A stretch of 64,000 bases of DNA from Lama glama (lineage: Eukaryota): positions 10,418,001-10,482,000 of the forward strand of contig CM052832.1 in NCBI GenBank assembly GCA_028534125.1. Reading direction: 5' to 3'. Shown here piece by piece: positions 47,876 through 60,809 of the stretch (its first letter is position 1; the number at the start of each line of letters is the position of its first letter). A model generated the notes under the pieces. The model saw nothing but the letters and a program-made list of their open reading frames with translations, ran no database searches and was not told the DNA's origin. Both the position numbers and the translations under genes were made by a program.

Positions 47876-50180
47876 CAGGCACACCTAGGAGATACGGCGG
47901 GTTTGGTTCCACACCACCGCAGTAGAGTGGATACACGAGTATTTTTGGTTTCCCAGTGCGTATAAAAATTGCTTACACTGTAGTCTATTAAATGTGCAAT
48001 AGCATGTCTACAAAAACAGTATACGTATTTTAATTTAAAAATACTGTTGCTAAAGAAATGCTGACCATCATCTGAGCCCTAAGCGAGTTGTAATCTTTTT
48101 GCCGGTGGGGGGTCTTGCTTCCGTGTAGAGGGCTGCTGACTGATAGGGTGGTGGTTGCTGAAGATTGGGGTGGCTGTGGCAATTTCTTAAAATAAGACAA
48201 CAATGAAGTTTGCTGCATCGATTGACTCTTCTTTTCACGAACAATTTCTCTGCAGCAGGCAATGCCGTTTGACAGCATTTTACATACAGAAGCTTTTTCA
48301 GAATTGGAGTCAGTCCTCTCAAACTCTGCCACTGCTTTATCAACCAGGTTTATGTAATATTCTAGATCTTTTGTCGTTTCGGCAGTCTTCACAGCATCTT
48401 TACCCGGAGTAGATTCCATCTCAGGACACCGCTTTCTTTGCTCAGCCACAAGGGAAACTCTTCCATCCAAGCTTTATCATGAGATGCAGCAATTCAGTCA
48501 CATCTTCAGGCTCCACTTCTCATTCTGGTTCTCTGGCTATTTCTACCACATCTGCAGTTACTTCCTCCACTGAAGCCCTGAACCCCTCACAGTCATCCAT
48601 GAGGATCGGAATCAACTTCTTTCAAAGTCCTGTTAATGTTGATATTCTGGCCTCTTCCCATAAATCACGAATGTTCTGAATGGCATCTAGAATGGGGAAT
48701 CCTTTCCAGAACGTTTTCAATTTACTTTGCCCAGATCCATCAGAGGAGTCACTATCTGTGGCAGCTATAGCTTTATGAAATGTATTTCTTGAAGAATAAG
48801 ACTTGAAAGTTGAAATTACTCCTTGATCCATGGGCTGCAGAATGGATACTGTGTTACAGGCATGGAAACAACATGACTCTCATTGTCCATCTCCATCAAA
48901 GCTCTGAGGTGACCAGGTGCATTGTCAGTGAGCAGTAATATTTTGAAAGAAATCTTTTTCTAAACAGTAAGTCTCAATAGTGGGCTTAAACTATTCAGTA
49001 GATTATGTTGTAAACAGATGTGCTGTCATCCGGGCTTTATTTATAGAGCCCAGGCAGAATAGATTTAGCAAAGGTCTGAAGAACCCTGGGATTTTCAGAA
49101 TGGTCAATGAGCATTGGTTTCAACTTAAACTCACCAACTGCCTTAGCTCCTAACAGGAGAGTCAGCCTCTCCTTTGAAGTTTTGAAGGCATTGGCTTCTC
49201 CTAACTATGAAAGTCCTAGATGGCATCTTCTTCCAACATCAAGCTGTTTCATCTACTTTGAAAATCTGTTCTTTAGTGGAACCACCTTCGCTCATTATCT
49301 TAGCTACCTGGATAACTTGCTGCAGCTTCTGCATCAGCATTTGCTGCTTCCCCTGCACTTTTCTGTTATGGAGACGGCATCCTTCCTTAAACTTCATGAA
49401 CCAACCTCTGCTAGCTTCAGACTCTTCTTCTACAGCTTCCTCACCTCTCTCAGCCCTCTAGAATTGAAGAGAGTTAGGGCCTTGCGCTGGACCAGGCTTT
49501 GGCTTAAGGAAATGTCACGGCTGCTTTGATCTTCTATCTAGATCACGAACACTTTCCGCACGTCAGCAATAAGGCTGGTTCACTTTCTTACCCTTTGTGT
49601 AGTCCCTGGAGTAGCAGTTTTCCTTTCCTTCGAGAACTTTGCCTTTGCACTCACAACTTGGCTAATTGGTGTAGGAGGCCTAGCTTTCAGCCTGTCTCAG
49701 CTTCCGACATGCCTTCCTCGCTGAGCTTAATCACTTCTAGCTTTTGATTTAAAGTGAGAGATGTATGACTCTTCCCTTCACGTGAATAGTTATAGGCCAT
49801 TGTAGGGCTATTACTTGGCCTAATTTAGATATTGTTGTGTCTCAGGGAATAGGGAGGCCCGAGGAGAGGGAGAGAGATGGGGGAACAACCAGTTGGTAGA
49901 GCAGTAGGAACACACACAACATTTATCAATTAAGCTCGTCGTCGTAAATGAGTGTAGTTTGTGGTGTCCCCAAACAATTATAATAGTAACACCACAGATC
50001 ACTATAACACATGTAATAATGAAAAAGTTTGAATTATTGCCACAATTACCAAAATGTGACACAGACCCGAAGTGAGCAAATGTTGTTGGAAAAATGGTAC
50101 CAGTGGACTTGCGAGATGCAGGCAGGGTTGCCACAAACCTTCCACTTGTATCTGGGAAGTACAGTATGTGAAGTATGCTG
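47876..50180 (-). mobile_element. Near full-length Tigger1 DNA transposon
   Basis: TA + caggcacacct TIR at 47874-47886 and degenerate opposite TIR (aagtatgctg) near 50171-50180; length about 2.3 kb; transposase remnants throughout. Confidence 0.97.
48060..49800 (-). pseudogene. Disrupted Tigger1 pogo-family transposase (TIGD1-like)
   Basis: ATG at 49800-49798; [90 protein letters not shown] in broken frames. Confidence 0.93.
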
Positions 50181-51139
50181 TGTCCTCTCACTCCACTGTG
50201 CCCAGAGTAGGACTCTGCACATTTGTCGGCTTCGTTGTTAAGCCATCAGTGCTTTGGGTTGTTAGGGAAGTCATGACCTCTGAAAAAGCGGACATACTAC
50301 TTTAGTCCCATGGATGTACCCACGTGGTGTCCTTTGCAGACCAGCAGGGGGTCGGCCCTCAGAGAGCAGGACGGGCGGAGAGTGCAGCATAGGGCAGGTA
50401 AGTTTGGGGTGAGAGGAGTAGATGGCAGAAGGTTGAAACCAGGGCTGAGGCCCCAGGGATGGGAGCCCTTGTGCTGATGGCATCATGGGTGAGGCGGTGG
50501 AGGCTGGAAGGGACGGGGAGTCTGCAACAACTTGCGTCACTGTTTCTCCTAGGTGGGCGCTATGTCCCTCCACCAATGTTTTCACCCCCATCATCGGCAT
50601 CCGCCTCCCCACCACACCTTACATGGAAAACCTGGTTATCTGTAGACCCTGGTTCTGAGTTTCAGTTCTGCAAGGTCACTTCCCTCCACCAATTCCTCCT
50701 CGGAGAGCAGAGGCCTGGGCGGCAGCCTCTAGCCCTCAGCCTGGCCGCGGCAGCGCTGTCCGCTCCCCTGCAGCTGAGCCCCAGACAGCAGGCCCCCGTG
50801 AGCCTCCTGCCTGCCTGTCGGTTCCAGCTTCCTTTCAGTTACTGGCCCTCCTCTGTCTCTCCCTCAGATTAAGTTGCCCTCCCTCTTTCTTTCTTCGCGC
50901 CTCCAGGTTCCAGGGAAGCCCAGCTTTGTTCCTTCTGCACCCTAAGCCCACCTCTCAGCCTGAGGCTGGAATTCTTCCCCTGAGTTCTGGAAGGCCAGCT
51001 GCTCCATGGCGTCAGCAGCAGCAGTGGGCTCCGGGGAGGAAGCGCTCTGAGCTTAAAGCCCGCCGCAGCGCTTGCCCACACGGTGTAAAACCCACACATT
51101 ATACATACATAAGGCATATATGTTGTATTCAAGAAAAAA

Positions 51140-51400
51140 TATACATCAGGGTGGGATGTGTGCCACGGAAAGATAAGGCAGCTGGGGGAGGTGGTAGGTG
51201 ATGGTGGTGGCCAGGAAAAACCTGTCTGAGGAAGTAATATTTGAGCAGAGACTGCTTGAAGCAAAGCAGGGGTCCTGGGGATCTGGGAGAGAACCTTGCA
51301 CGTAGAGGGGATGGTAAAGTACAAAGACCCAGAGGCGGGCGTGAGTGGAGTTTATGCCCCGCAGGGACCAGGTGAGGCTGGTGAGTGTCGGGCCAGACTG
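51140..51400 (-). mobile_element. L2 fragment
   Basis: ccaggaaaaacctgtctgaggaagtaatatttgagcagagac...ggtaaagtacaaagacccagaggc. Confidence 0.75.
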
Positions 51401-52324
51401 TGGTCAGAAGGGGAGGGAGAACCATTCCCTGAGTCGAGGGGCAGGCAAAGCAGGGGGCCCGATGGTGATGAGTGATGGAGAAGGCCTCTTGGTGAGTGAG
51501 AAAAGAACAGAGATGGAGAAGAAGAAGGCAGCCTTGGTCCACATGGAAGGTCGGCTGCATTAGGAAACAGGGCCCAATTTCGGATAGATGGGGAGGCTGG
51601 GGAGGCAGCCTGAGCGATGCTGGGGCGGCACAGGGAGGTCAGCGTGCCCGGAGGGAGGGGAGGGGCTGGGGCCATAGATGTGCGGGATGAGAAAGCCCCG
51701 CTAGGTCACGGCGCGGGTCCCCCGGGGCTCATAGAGGAGACTTGGTGGCAGGAGAAACCCCGCCTGCTCATTTCATGGTCCGACTGAGAGCCCGAGCTGG
51801 AGATGGGAATTTATTTAAGGCTTTTAAACATTTCTGCACTCATGGGGCCTCGAGAGAGAACCACACATCATCTCCACAGCCTGCCTGGGGGCCGTGGCAG
51901 TGACACCTCTGGCCCCTGGGCCACAGCAGGGCACTGCGGGTGGGAGAGGGCGGGCTGCCCTGTACCCTGCTCTCTCCCCGGGGGCCTCCAGCTGGAGGGT
52001 CCTGGGGCTGGCGGTGGGCTGCACCTCCCTTTCCTACTGCCCGGTGCTCAGGCAAATAGACGGGGGTGGGGGCAGCAGCCGGCCAGTGTCTGCTTCTCCA
52101 TCCTGTGCTCTGGGGAGGGCCGAGGACAAAGTCCCTCCCCGCATTCCCTAGCCGAGCCTATCACAGTGGGCTGGGGCCTTAGCAGCCTCCTCCTGAACTT
52201 TTAAAGTTTCATTTTTCCTAGGTATTATTGCCTCAGAAATTTCTCCAAGCTTCACCCAGTCCCCAGAAACCACTTTGCAACACCTGTGCAGCGTCAGGGG
52301 GAATAAAATAGTACAGAGATACTC

Positions 52325-52925
52325 TTCATTCGTCCATTCATTCACTCCTTTGGTGGACGTCTTGCCAGCACCTGGGAGCCAGCTGGGGACACAGAGGTGA
52401 CTGGTACACGACCATTGTTTTTCAGTGCTCACACTCACATATGGGGAGACTCCCGTCCACATACACTCACCCTGTTCATGCCCTGACCTTGAGGAAGCAG
52501 CTCGCATCCCAGCAGGGGAAACAGACGCATAAACAACCAGTTAGTGTCTGATGCAGAGAGTGCTAATGGAGCTGTCTAAGCCATCATGGACAGGAGAGAA
52601 CAATAAATTCTGTTAGTGGGGACAAGGACTGGTAGGATCAGGGAAAGTGTCACCAAGCAGGTGATCTTTGAAACCCAAACAGAAGGTCAGGATTGCAGGG
52701 GACATTTATTGACATGAGAACCATGGTGGTTAATGAAAAGCATGGGCTCTAGAGCCAAAGGGCCTAGATGGACTTGCCACGCCCCGGCTCTGTGTCTCTG
52801 TCTTCTCATCTGTGAAATGGGGATAATTGTAGTACCTCCCTCCTAGGTTCTAGGAGCTTATATATGTAAAGCATTTAGAAGAGTGCTTGGCACATAGTAA
52901 ATGCAAAATCCATGCAGATGACTGT
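52325..52925. mobile_element. L2 3' end (minus) then MIR (plus, about 52720-52920)
   Basis: ttcattcgtccattcattcactc L2 tail; tctcatctgtgaaatggggataattgtagtacct...tgtaaagcatttagaagagtgcttggcacatagtaa. Confidence 0.85.
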
Positions 52926-52932
52926 TGCTACA

Positions 52933-53790
52933 GCTATCAGGAATGCTTTTGACTGTGAGTGACAGAAAATGCAATTCGTAGTGAGTTAAAAGAGTATGGA
53001 TTTCACCCATGCTGTGCAACCAGAAATCTGAGGCTTGGAAGTTGTGGTAGGCAGCCTTAGAGATGGCCTCCCAGGATCCCTTATTCATGCCACAATGTCA
53101 TCTCTGGGATTAAGCTGTGAAAAGGCTGTGACCCGCATTCGGGGGGCGTCCTGGCCCTCTCTCAGGTCTCATGTTGTAAGGATACTCAGGAGGATACTCT
53201 GATGTGCTCAGAGGTGTCCCAGGAGAAACTCAGGCATCTCTTCACGGGAAACTGAGGCTTCCAGGAAGAAACCACACTTGGGAGTTTGGAAGCGGATTCT
53301 TCAGCTCAGTTGAGCTTCGGGATGACTGCAGCCCTGACAGAAAGCTTGACAGAAGCCTCATGAGAGACCCTGACCCACAGGCACCAAGGTAAGCTGTGCC
53401 CAGATTTCTGAACCACAGAAACGGAATAAGTATTTGCTTTTTTAAGCCTCTAAATTTGGGGGTAATTTATTATGCAGCAGTAAATGACTAACACAGAGGC
53501 CACGCAAGGCTTGTTCGGTGGCTCAATGGTATCTCAGTGTTGCCATCAGGAACCAGGTCCCTTCTATCTTTCTGTTCCTTTGAGGCTTTCACCCTCAGCA
53601 TTACAAGATGGCTGCTGCATCTCCAGATGTCACATCTGCATTCTAAGCAGGAAGAAGGTCTAAAGCTAAATAGGTGGCATGCCTACCAAGTCTGTCTTTT
53701 TTGCGCAAGCTTTCAGAAAAGCCACCCAGCAACTTCCAATTAATCTCATGACTGGAAGACGTCCATGGCCACCCCTAGTCCCACAATGAA
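52933..53790 (-). mobile_element. Older MaLR LTR (MLT1J/K/L-like) split by a nested MLT1F-like LTR
   Basis: tcaggaatgcttttgactgtgagtgacagaaaa on the left; caagatggctgctgcatctccagatgtcacatctgcattc...catggccacccctag on the right. Confidence 0.7.
53043..53494 (+). mobile_element. MLT1F-like solo LTR (nested)
   Basis: tgtggtaggcagccttagagatggcc start; gatgactgcagccctgacag; cccagatttctgaaccacagaaac; ggggtaatttattatgcagcagtaaatgactaacaca end. Confidence 0.85.
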
Positions 53791-54889
53791 TGGAAGGGTG
53801 AACTAGATGACTTCTAGGATTCCAGGATGTCAATATTCCACCCCAGAACCCAGCAAAGGCAGCTTAGTTGGCATTAGGAGAATGTGAGTTCCTTAAAGAT
53901 ACGAATTCAGCTAGGATTCCAGAACCTAACCCAGCACCTCACATAGTAGGTACATAAACAATATTTTTTGAATGAATGGAGTTGCTTATAAGCCCTTCAA
54001 AGGCAGGTATCATGTTTTCCTTGTTTTTGTCTCTAGTGTTTGCCAAAACTGTTAGATCAATATATAATTGTCTTATGCTGCTAGCACATTGAGGCCAGGG
54101 ACTGTCCCTTATTAATCCATGTGGCTCAGGGCCTGGCCTGGTGCCTGGCCTGCAGCGGGGTACACGGCAGGGTTTGCTGAATGGTTTAGCCCTCCGCTGA
54201 CCACGCACTCTGGTCTCCTGCCTCCTACCTCAAAAGACTTGATCTTGTGGTGCTGTTCTCTGTCAGAAATGGAAAACCAGGTACCCTCACGCTCTTATTG
54301 AGGAACCAGAGTGCCTTCCTGTCTAATGAGCCTGCTCCTTCCTGGCTAGGATTGTCAGTAACTGCAGACTGGAAGGTGATTAGAGGGAAGCCTGCCGCTG
54401 GCTGTGCCTGGCTCTACCCTGGGAAATTTCTCCCTTACCTAGAATGGGAGAGGGCTGGGTCCTGCCAGGATGCCTGGCCCCAGGGGGCCTCTACTCTGCC
54501 CCTTGTGGATTTCCAGGGCAGGAAGGCCACTGGTTCAAGGGAAGGTCCTTTCTGGGAGGCAATCTGAGGAGCTGCTCTGGCCATGCCACCCCAGTTGGGC
54601 ACACCTGATGTGCTCAGAGGTGTCCCAGGAGAAACTCCAGAAGCCCCTTGCTCCCCGAGACCCTACTTCATTCCCCTGTCTGTCACCGCCCATCACCTCT
54701 TCTCTCATCTACTTTGAAATCTGACCTCTGAAAAAGGGAAAGTTAGCTTTCTGAACAGAATTGACCTAGAAAAGGGGTTTCCATGTCAAGAGATACTGGT
54801 CAGACCCAGGGAATGTTTCAGGGTCCGTCATTGGAAAACCACTTATGGAGCCGCCACCTCTGCTGGGGAGGAAACCAAGTAACCAGCAC

Positions 54890-55330
54890 TATGCTCGTTT
54901 CCTGTCGGTGCTGTAACAAATTACCACAGACCTGGTGACCTGTAATCACACAGCCAGTCTACCATCTTACAGTTCTGGAGAGCAAAGTCTGAAATCAAGG
55001 TGTCGGCAGGGCTGTGTTCCTTCTGGAGGCTCCGGGAGAACCTGCTTCCTTGCCTTTCCAGCCTTTAGCCTTGGCCGCTGGCCTCACATCACCCCAACCC
55101 CTGCCCCTGTTGTTACATCACCTTCTCGGACTCTTATCTTCCTGCCTCCCTGTTATCAGGACCCTTATGATTACACTGAGCCCACCAGGATAGTCCAGAA
55201 TGATCTCTCCATTTCAAAATCCTTAACTTCATCACATCTGCAAAGTCCCCTCTGCCATGTGAGGTAACATATTCACGGGGGCCAGGGATCAGGACGTGGG
55301 CAACTTGAGGGCCATTATCCAGCCTACCCA
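54890..55330 (-). mobile_element. MaLR solo LTR (MLT1C/D-like)
   Basis: gctgtaacaaattaccaca...cagttctggagagcaaagtctgaaatcaaggtgtcggcagggc...tcacatctgcaaagtccc...gccattatccagcctac. Confidence 0.92.
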
Positions 55331-56827
55331 GTGTCAAAGTGCAGCACTGAGTGGGCAGCTTATGGGCCTTCTCTCATTTCATTCTAACAACCACCACGTG
55401 AGATAGTTATGATGATGATGAACTTGCTTCAAAGATGAGAAACTGAGTGGATCAGTGTCAGGACCTTAGTGAGGGAGTCTGGTTCCTCTGACACCAGCGC
55501 CCTGAACTCTTAGAAATCAGAACAGAGTTTGCCTGGCGAGGGGCACTGTGGTTTGGAGAGGATAAGGATGCTCTGTGGGCTGGGGCCAGATGGTACAGGA
55601 CCTTGGACATTCAGGACAGCAGATTATGGGCTCCCCAAGATGAGGATGTACCTGCAGGTGATTTGGTTTGTGGGAGATAACTCAGCTGAGGGCCACTGTG
55701 AAGGAGCCCCAAGCTACTGGGGACCGGGCTGGGGACAGGGTGGCAGGTGTTGGTTTCCGTTCCCTGCTGGTCTGTGCTCTGGCCTGCCCTCCAGGCTCCC
55801 CAAGAACGAAACCCTGAGGTGTGGAATTCACAATGAGTCCCTGAGACTCCGCCTGAGACCTGCCTGCTTGACCCGACTCTGCAAGGTCAGTGCCCAGCGC
55901 CCCAGAGGCAGGCCTGTCCTGTGATCCGTGCATGACCACCTGACGGTGCCTCAGAGGAATCGGCTGTTTGACTTGGGAATTGGCCCAGCTGGATAGAGCC
56001 AGGCATGGCTGTCAGTCCTGAGCTACAGGAAGAGAAATTCTGAGGGTCTGTCAGTCCTGTATCCCGCAGGCCCCCGTGGACCGTGGACTCCCCCCTCACG
56101 AGACTGAAGGGACGGTCCGCAGGACTGGGGCATGAGCACTGCTTGGTGCCACAGTCAAGTGCACCCAGCTGGCCCTCTTCATCAGGCTGTCCTGGGGGGG
56201 TCCCAGCTCCACACTTCAGGCACCTCCCACAGCCCCCTCGAGTCTGTTTCTATATTGGCAAAATGTCCTCCTCATAACAGTGCCCCCTTCAGAGCTGTTG
56301 AGAAGGTTGAATGGAACAGAGTGTGAGATGCGTGGAGTTCAGTCAGTGCCCCTTTCTCTTGGGGTTCTTCCCTGGGCTCACCAGTGATGCTGGCAGTGGT
56401 TTGGGTTTCTTTCTCCCTCCCTCCTCCCCTCCCTTCCACCTCTCTTTCCCTCCCTCTGTCTTCCTCCCTCCCTCCCTTTAGTCTATCTTTTTAAAGGCAA
56501 GTTAAAAATAGCAGGTCAGTAACTTTTATCTCAAGATCCCTAAGGAGCTTGACGCTTACTACCCGGTACTTATCTTCTGTCTATTGGTGCATGTGATCTG
56601 CTTTACCCATCCCAGGACATACACTGGATGCAGCCACGTTCTCTCCAGTCCTCCAAAGGTGTGAGGCCCCGAAGTGGACACAGAATGTCAAAGGAACAAG
56701 GGCATGGATCTCTTTAAGCCCCACAAGCACCATCTAGCGTAGTCCTAGAGGTCTGATAAATCCTAGTGAAGGGGTGGGGGTGGGGAGGGAGGAAGGAAGG
56801 GAAAAGGAAGGAAGAAAAGCACAGCAT

Positions 56828-56828
<1 letters not shown>

Positions 56829-56858
<30 letters not shown>
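56829..56858. repeat. (GT)15 microsatellite
   Basis: Directly visible. Confidence 0.97.
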
Positions 56859-56861
<3 letters not shown>

Positions 56862-57279
56862 CCCTGCAGCCACTTCAGTGCACGGGCACATGACGGATAC
56901 CACTATGCAATTCATTTATTTAACAAACATTCATCGAGCACCTGGTACCATGCTGGGCACTGTAGGTGAAACAAAGAAATAACAGATGGACGTGCCCTCC
57001 GGGTGCCGTCAGTCTAGCAGGGAAGTGAAGGTCCGAACACAACCGATTTTAACTTAGGGAAAAGGAAGAAGGCTGCACCCACAAGAGAGAAGCGTGGCTC
57101 TGAGCCCCAGGGCTCCGGGCCAGCAACCTGGCACTTTTCATGATTGATTGGTTTTGCGGGGATGGCAGGAAAGTGAGAAGAAATGGACAGGAGGGCCACG
57201 TCTGCATTAACCATCCCCTCTGTGGCCCGGCCTGTTGGGAAGGGAAGGGCTGCAGCGCTCAGCCTCCCTCAGTGCTGCT

Positions 57280-58066
57280 GTGGCTGGGGCGGGGGGGGGG
57301 GGCTCCGAGAAGCTGGCCTGGCTCATCTAGGGGAGACCAGCTCTGGTAACAACCCCTGCACTGTGCCCCACCGTCTGCTCCCCACCTTCGTGTCTGTGCT
57401 GTTTCTGTGCCGGTAACACTCAGGGGTGCACGCTTATCCAGAGGTGTGTTTACACACATGCAGACACACACACACGCACACGCCCCGGCATCACTGTCAT
57501 CTAGGATGTGGAAACTGCAGCCTGAACTCAGGCCCCTCGGGGCTGCCTCTTCCTCCTGCACAGCTGGCTGCCTTCCCCCTCCCCCTCTGCCGACCCGCAG
57601 CCACGCACCTCGCTCGCCCTCCTGACTTCCCGTCCTGTCCTTTCTGGCCCCCTCGCTGCCAGAGCCTGAGCGGCTCTTCTTCTGTTTCCTTTCATCTCCA
57701 TTTTTTTCTTTCTCTGCCTGTCCCATCTGTCGCTGCCTCTCCACTCCATTGATGTGTGTGTGCACGTGTGTGTATAAGAGAAAGAGCGAAAGGGAGGCCG
57801 TTCCTTCTCAGTTTTTCTCCTTGATTTAGCTCTAGTTTCCTGCTGAAGAATCACAAACGCAGCAGAGCTGATTTCAACTGCCGTGGGGAGGAAGACGCAT
57901 AAATCTTGCCAGAATGGGACCAGTCTGGAGGCTGCAACGAAACCCAGCCCCAGTGTGTGGGGGCCTCTCCAGCACAGCCGCGGCCCCTGCTCCCCAGACT
58001 GGCTGTTTCTGATCTTCCTAGGGGTACATCTTAGCGTCATAAGGAGGAAAGACAGACCAGCTCGGG
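57280..58066 (+). promoter_or_regulatory. Candidate promoter and non-coding first exon of an unidentified gene
   Basis: Repeat-free, locally CpG-enriched; G-run, CA tract, KLF/Sp box cacgcccc (57479-57486) next to gcatcact (57488-57495), pyrimidine-rich leader, possible donor GGG|gtaaag at 58066/58067. Confidence 0.5.
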
Positions 58067-58764
58067 GTAAAGATGTTGCCTCTTGCGCAGTTGGGAGTGG
58101 AACTCCCCTATCGTTGAGGGTTTCACAAATCAACGTGGAGGGTGAAGGTTAGCCGAGAGGCTCGCAGTGCTCTCAGCTCTGGAGTGGTGGCCCGAGGCCC
58201 AGGGATGGAAAACTGGCCATCTTCATTCCTCCAGGCCCTGTGTCTGCACATCCACTGAAATCACCTCCCTAAATTCATACCATATCGCTAAGAAATCTGG
58301 GTGGATTACTATAGGACTATGAATGAGGACACCAAGGCCAAGGGAGGTTAAATGGCACTCCTGAGGCCACAGCAGGTCATCTATAGACTCAATTCTAGAT
58401 CTGCCTGATTCTTTCACCACTCAAAGCACATGTGGTTTCTTGGGAAAGGAGATGCTGCAGCTCAGTGTTTAGGCACCGACTTTGCATGTTGGAAATCCCC
58501 TAAATAAATGCATTCTCTTCACTGGAGCCAGGGGTCTGGGGAAGCCCAAAGGTGCTCAGACTCTAGTTGTTTACCCAAGGCTATGGGTTTGGAAACCAGA
58601 TCCTGAAGCTTCTCCCTTATTCAGGAAACTCTCTGTATTAAGCTTCAGACTTTTCCATCAGAATATGCATGATGATTTACTTGCTTTTTCTAAGATACAC
58701 AAAGGCATCGAGGTTCTGAATTTATGCAGAGGTGTATCGTATGCTGTTGCACCTCTCTCTTCCA

Positions 58765-59120
58765 CACTGTAGGCTTTCTCTGTTAGCTCTCTGTGAGGGA
58801 GCCTGTCTGACCTGGGTGCAGATAAAGCACCTGGGAGCTGCCCTCAATCAGTACAGCACGGGGATTGGTGGGCAAATAGCCCAGCTTTCCCACCTTTCTG
58901 GAAGAGGACGCAGGCATGAGATGTATCTCCCAGAGGCTCCCCCTAGGGGAGAGCCCGGGCGTCTCGGTGGCGGCCTGCTCTCCGGAGTGACTTGTATTGG
59001 CTTCCTCCCTCCCTCACTTCCCTCTCCCACTCGACTCCGGGTTCTCCTGGGGGTCATCCCCATGTAATCCTCAAATCCTAGAATTGGGTTCTATTTCTGT
59101 GGAAACTCAGCCCAGGAGAG
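58765..59120 (+). mobile_element. ERVL LTR (LTR16A-like)
   Basis: ggagctgccctcaatcagt...tggtgggcaaatagcccagct...ttgtattggcttcctccctccctcacttccct...tttctgtggaaactcagcccaggaga. Confidence 0.7.
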
Positions 59121-60809
59121 TCCCACTGAGGAGCAAGGAAGCCAGAACCCAAAGCTAGGTCTGTCCGCCTCCAAAGCCCACACATCAGATCTTTACCTGC
59201 ACGGCTGTGTGGCCAGGGAAACTGCACCCACGTTCGTGCTTTCCTTCTGCTGCAGGTAGACTTGCGCTTTGTCAAATCTACTTTCTCTGAGGATTCGGAA
59301 GGGACTCGGTGAAGTGCTAGAAAGTCTCGTTTCCCTTTTGTAGCCTGGGTCCTTCCAGGTGTTGGTCAATAGCAAGCTTGCAAGCTAACTGAGTTGAACC
59401 AAGTCTCTCTGCTCACCTAACCAGACCCACCCTCCGGGGCAGAGGAGGAAACTCTGCTCTCCTGGCCGTGATCGGTTGTCGGTGGCCAAGAAGGGCACAC
59501 CTGCCTGCTGCCAGGCATGTAAAGCAGGTTTATTAAGTTCATAGGAAATGGAAACAAAGCAGAGAAAAGAACTGAGTGTTTGCTGCTTCTCTTGCCGATG
59601 AGACACGTTCCAGGAAAAGGGTAGCTCAGGGCCTGGGTTTCTGCTATGTTCATTTTGTTAGCGTTTGTACCCGGGGGAATTTTACAGTTTGAGGACAGCT
59701 TATAATGTCTGCCACTTGTGTTATGTCTTTATTTTACGTTTAGATCAAAATCTGCTGTTATATCAACTGGCTTTGAAAGGCGGGTTCTTGTTTGTTTTTT
59801 CCTATTAGAAACTGGACTGGGAGGTGGGTTTCCAGGGGGAGCCTGGAAGGAGGGCGTGAATGTGGATAGCATTACTCTCCTGACTGCTTTAAAGCTGACG
59901 AGGCTGCCTGGGAGCTTCAGTCCTTAACCACTCACTCCTCCAAGTTGTCCCCGCAAAACCATGTGGAAAATTGCACCTTGGGATGGGAGTGAACCGATGG
60001 GACTTCACTGGGAGACCAAAGAAGGAACAGGCAGTTGTTAGAAGCTCAGTGAGGAACAAGCCGTCCAGAGAGCAGTGAAATGGGCAGACAAGATGTGAAG
60101 GAACTCATCACCAATTTCCCTCTGAGAAGGCCTCCATGGGGTGTCACTGAGGTCCTCCTGGATGGGAAAAATGACAATAACTGGAGAGGGGGAAGGAGGG
60201 AAGAGGACTGGCTTTTGTGAGACTTTTGTGTCCAAATTCAGCAGCCTACTGGGCAACTCATCAACTAACTTCCTCCAGCCTATTATCAAGTATTGCAGAC
60301 CCCCTGAGCCTATAAATCTGTGTCCTGAATCCGTATCTGTGCCGACCTTGTATGTCATAGTATGTCCCTTCAGGCCAGAGCAGTTTCATTCATCCGGCCT
60401 CGGACTGTTGTAAGGCACCGACGTATACTTTCATTGGTTGTCTTACATAATGACACTGCTCTTCTGGTGTGTGGCTTTCTAATTTGAGTCCCCAAGAGCT
60501 CTAGGAAGCAGAGAGGAATGAGTCTGGATCACTCTTATTTACTCATTGCTCTTGATTTCAACAGAGACCTCTCCTTGGGATGCCATCCTCTCTGGTCCAG
60601 TGTGCTGATCCCTCGGAGCAGTGAATACACACTTGGCCAAGCAGATCAGCCAGGACATCAGTCCTGGACATTAGTGGGTGTCAGATGGCTGTCATATCTA
60701 TTATTCTCATGTTACACAAGAGGAAATAGGTATTGAGAAAAGGAGGTGGCTTGCTGAGTTTCCTGCTGTTTGCACTAATAGATCATCTAGATACTTGGTT
60801 TATGTTCTT

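Noticed and set aside
57528..58133. Longest ORF (201 aa, minus strand)
   Set aside because: Starts at a non-ATG codon, runs through CA/CT low-complexity tracts, no recognisable domain; better explained as the antisense of a promoter/UTR region
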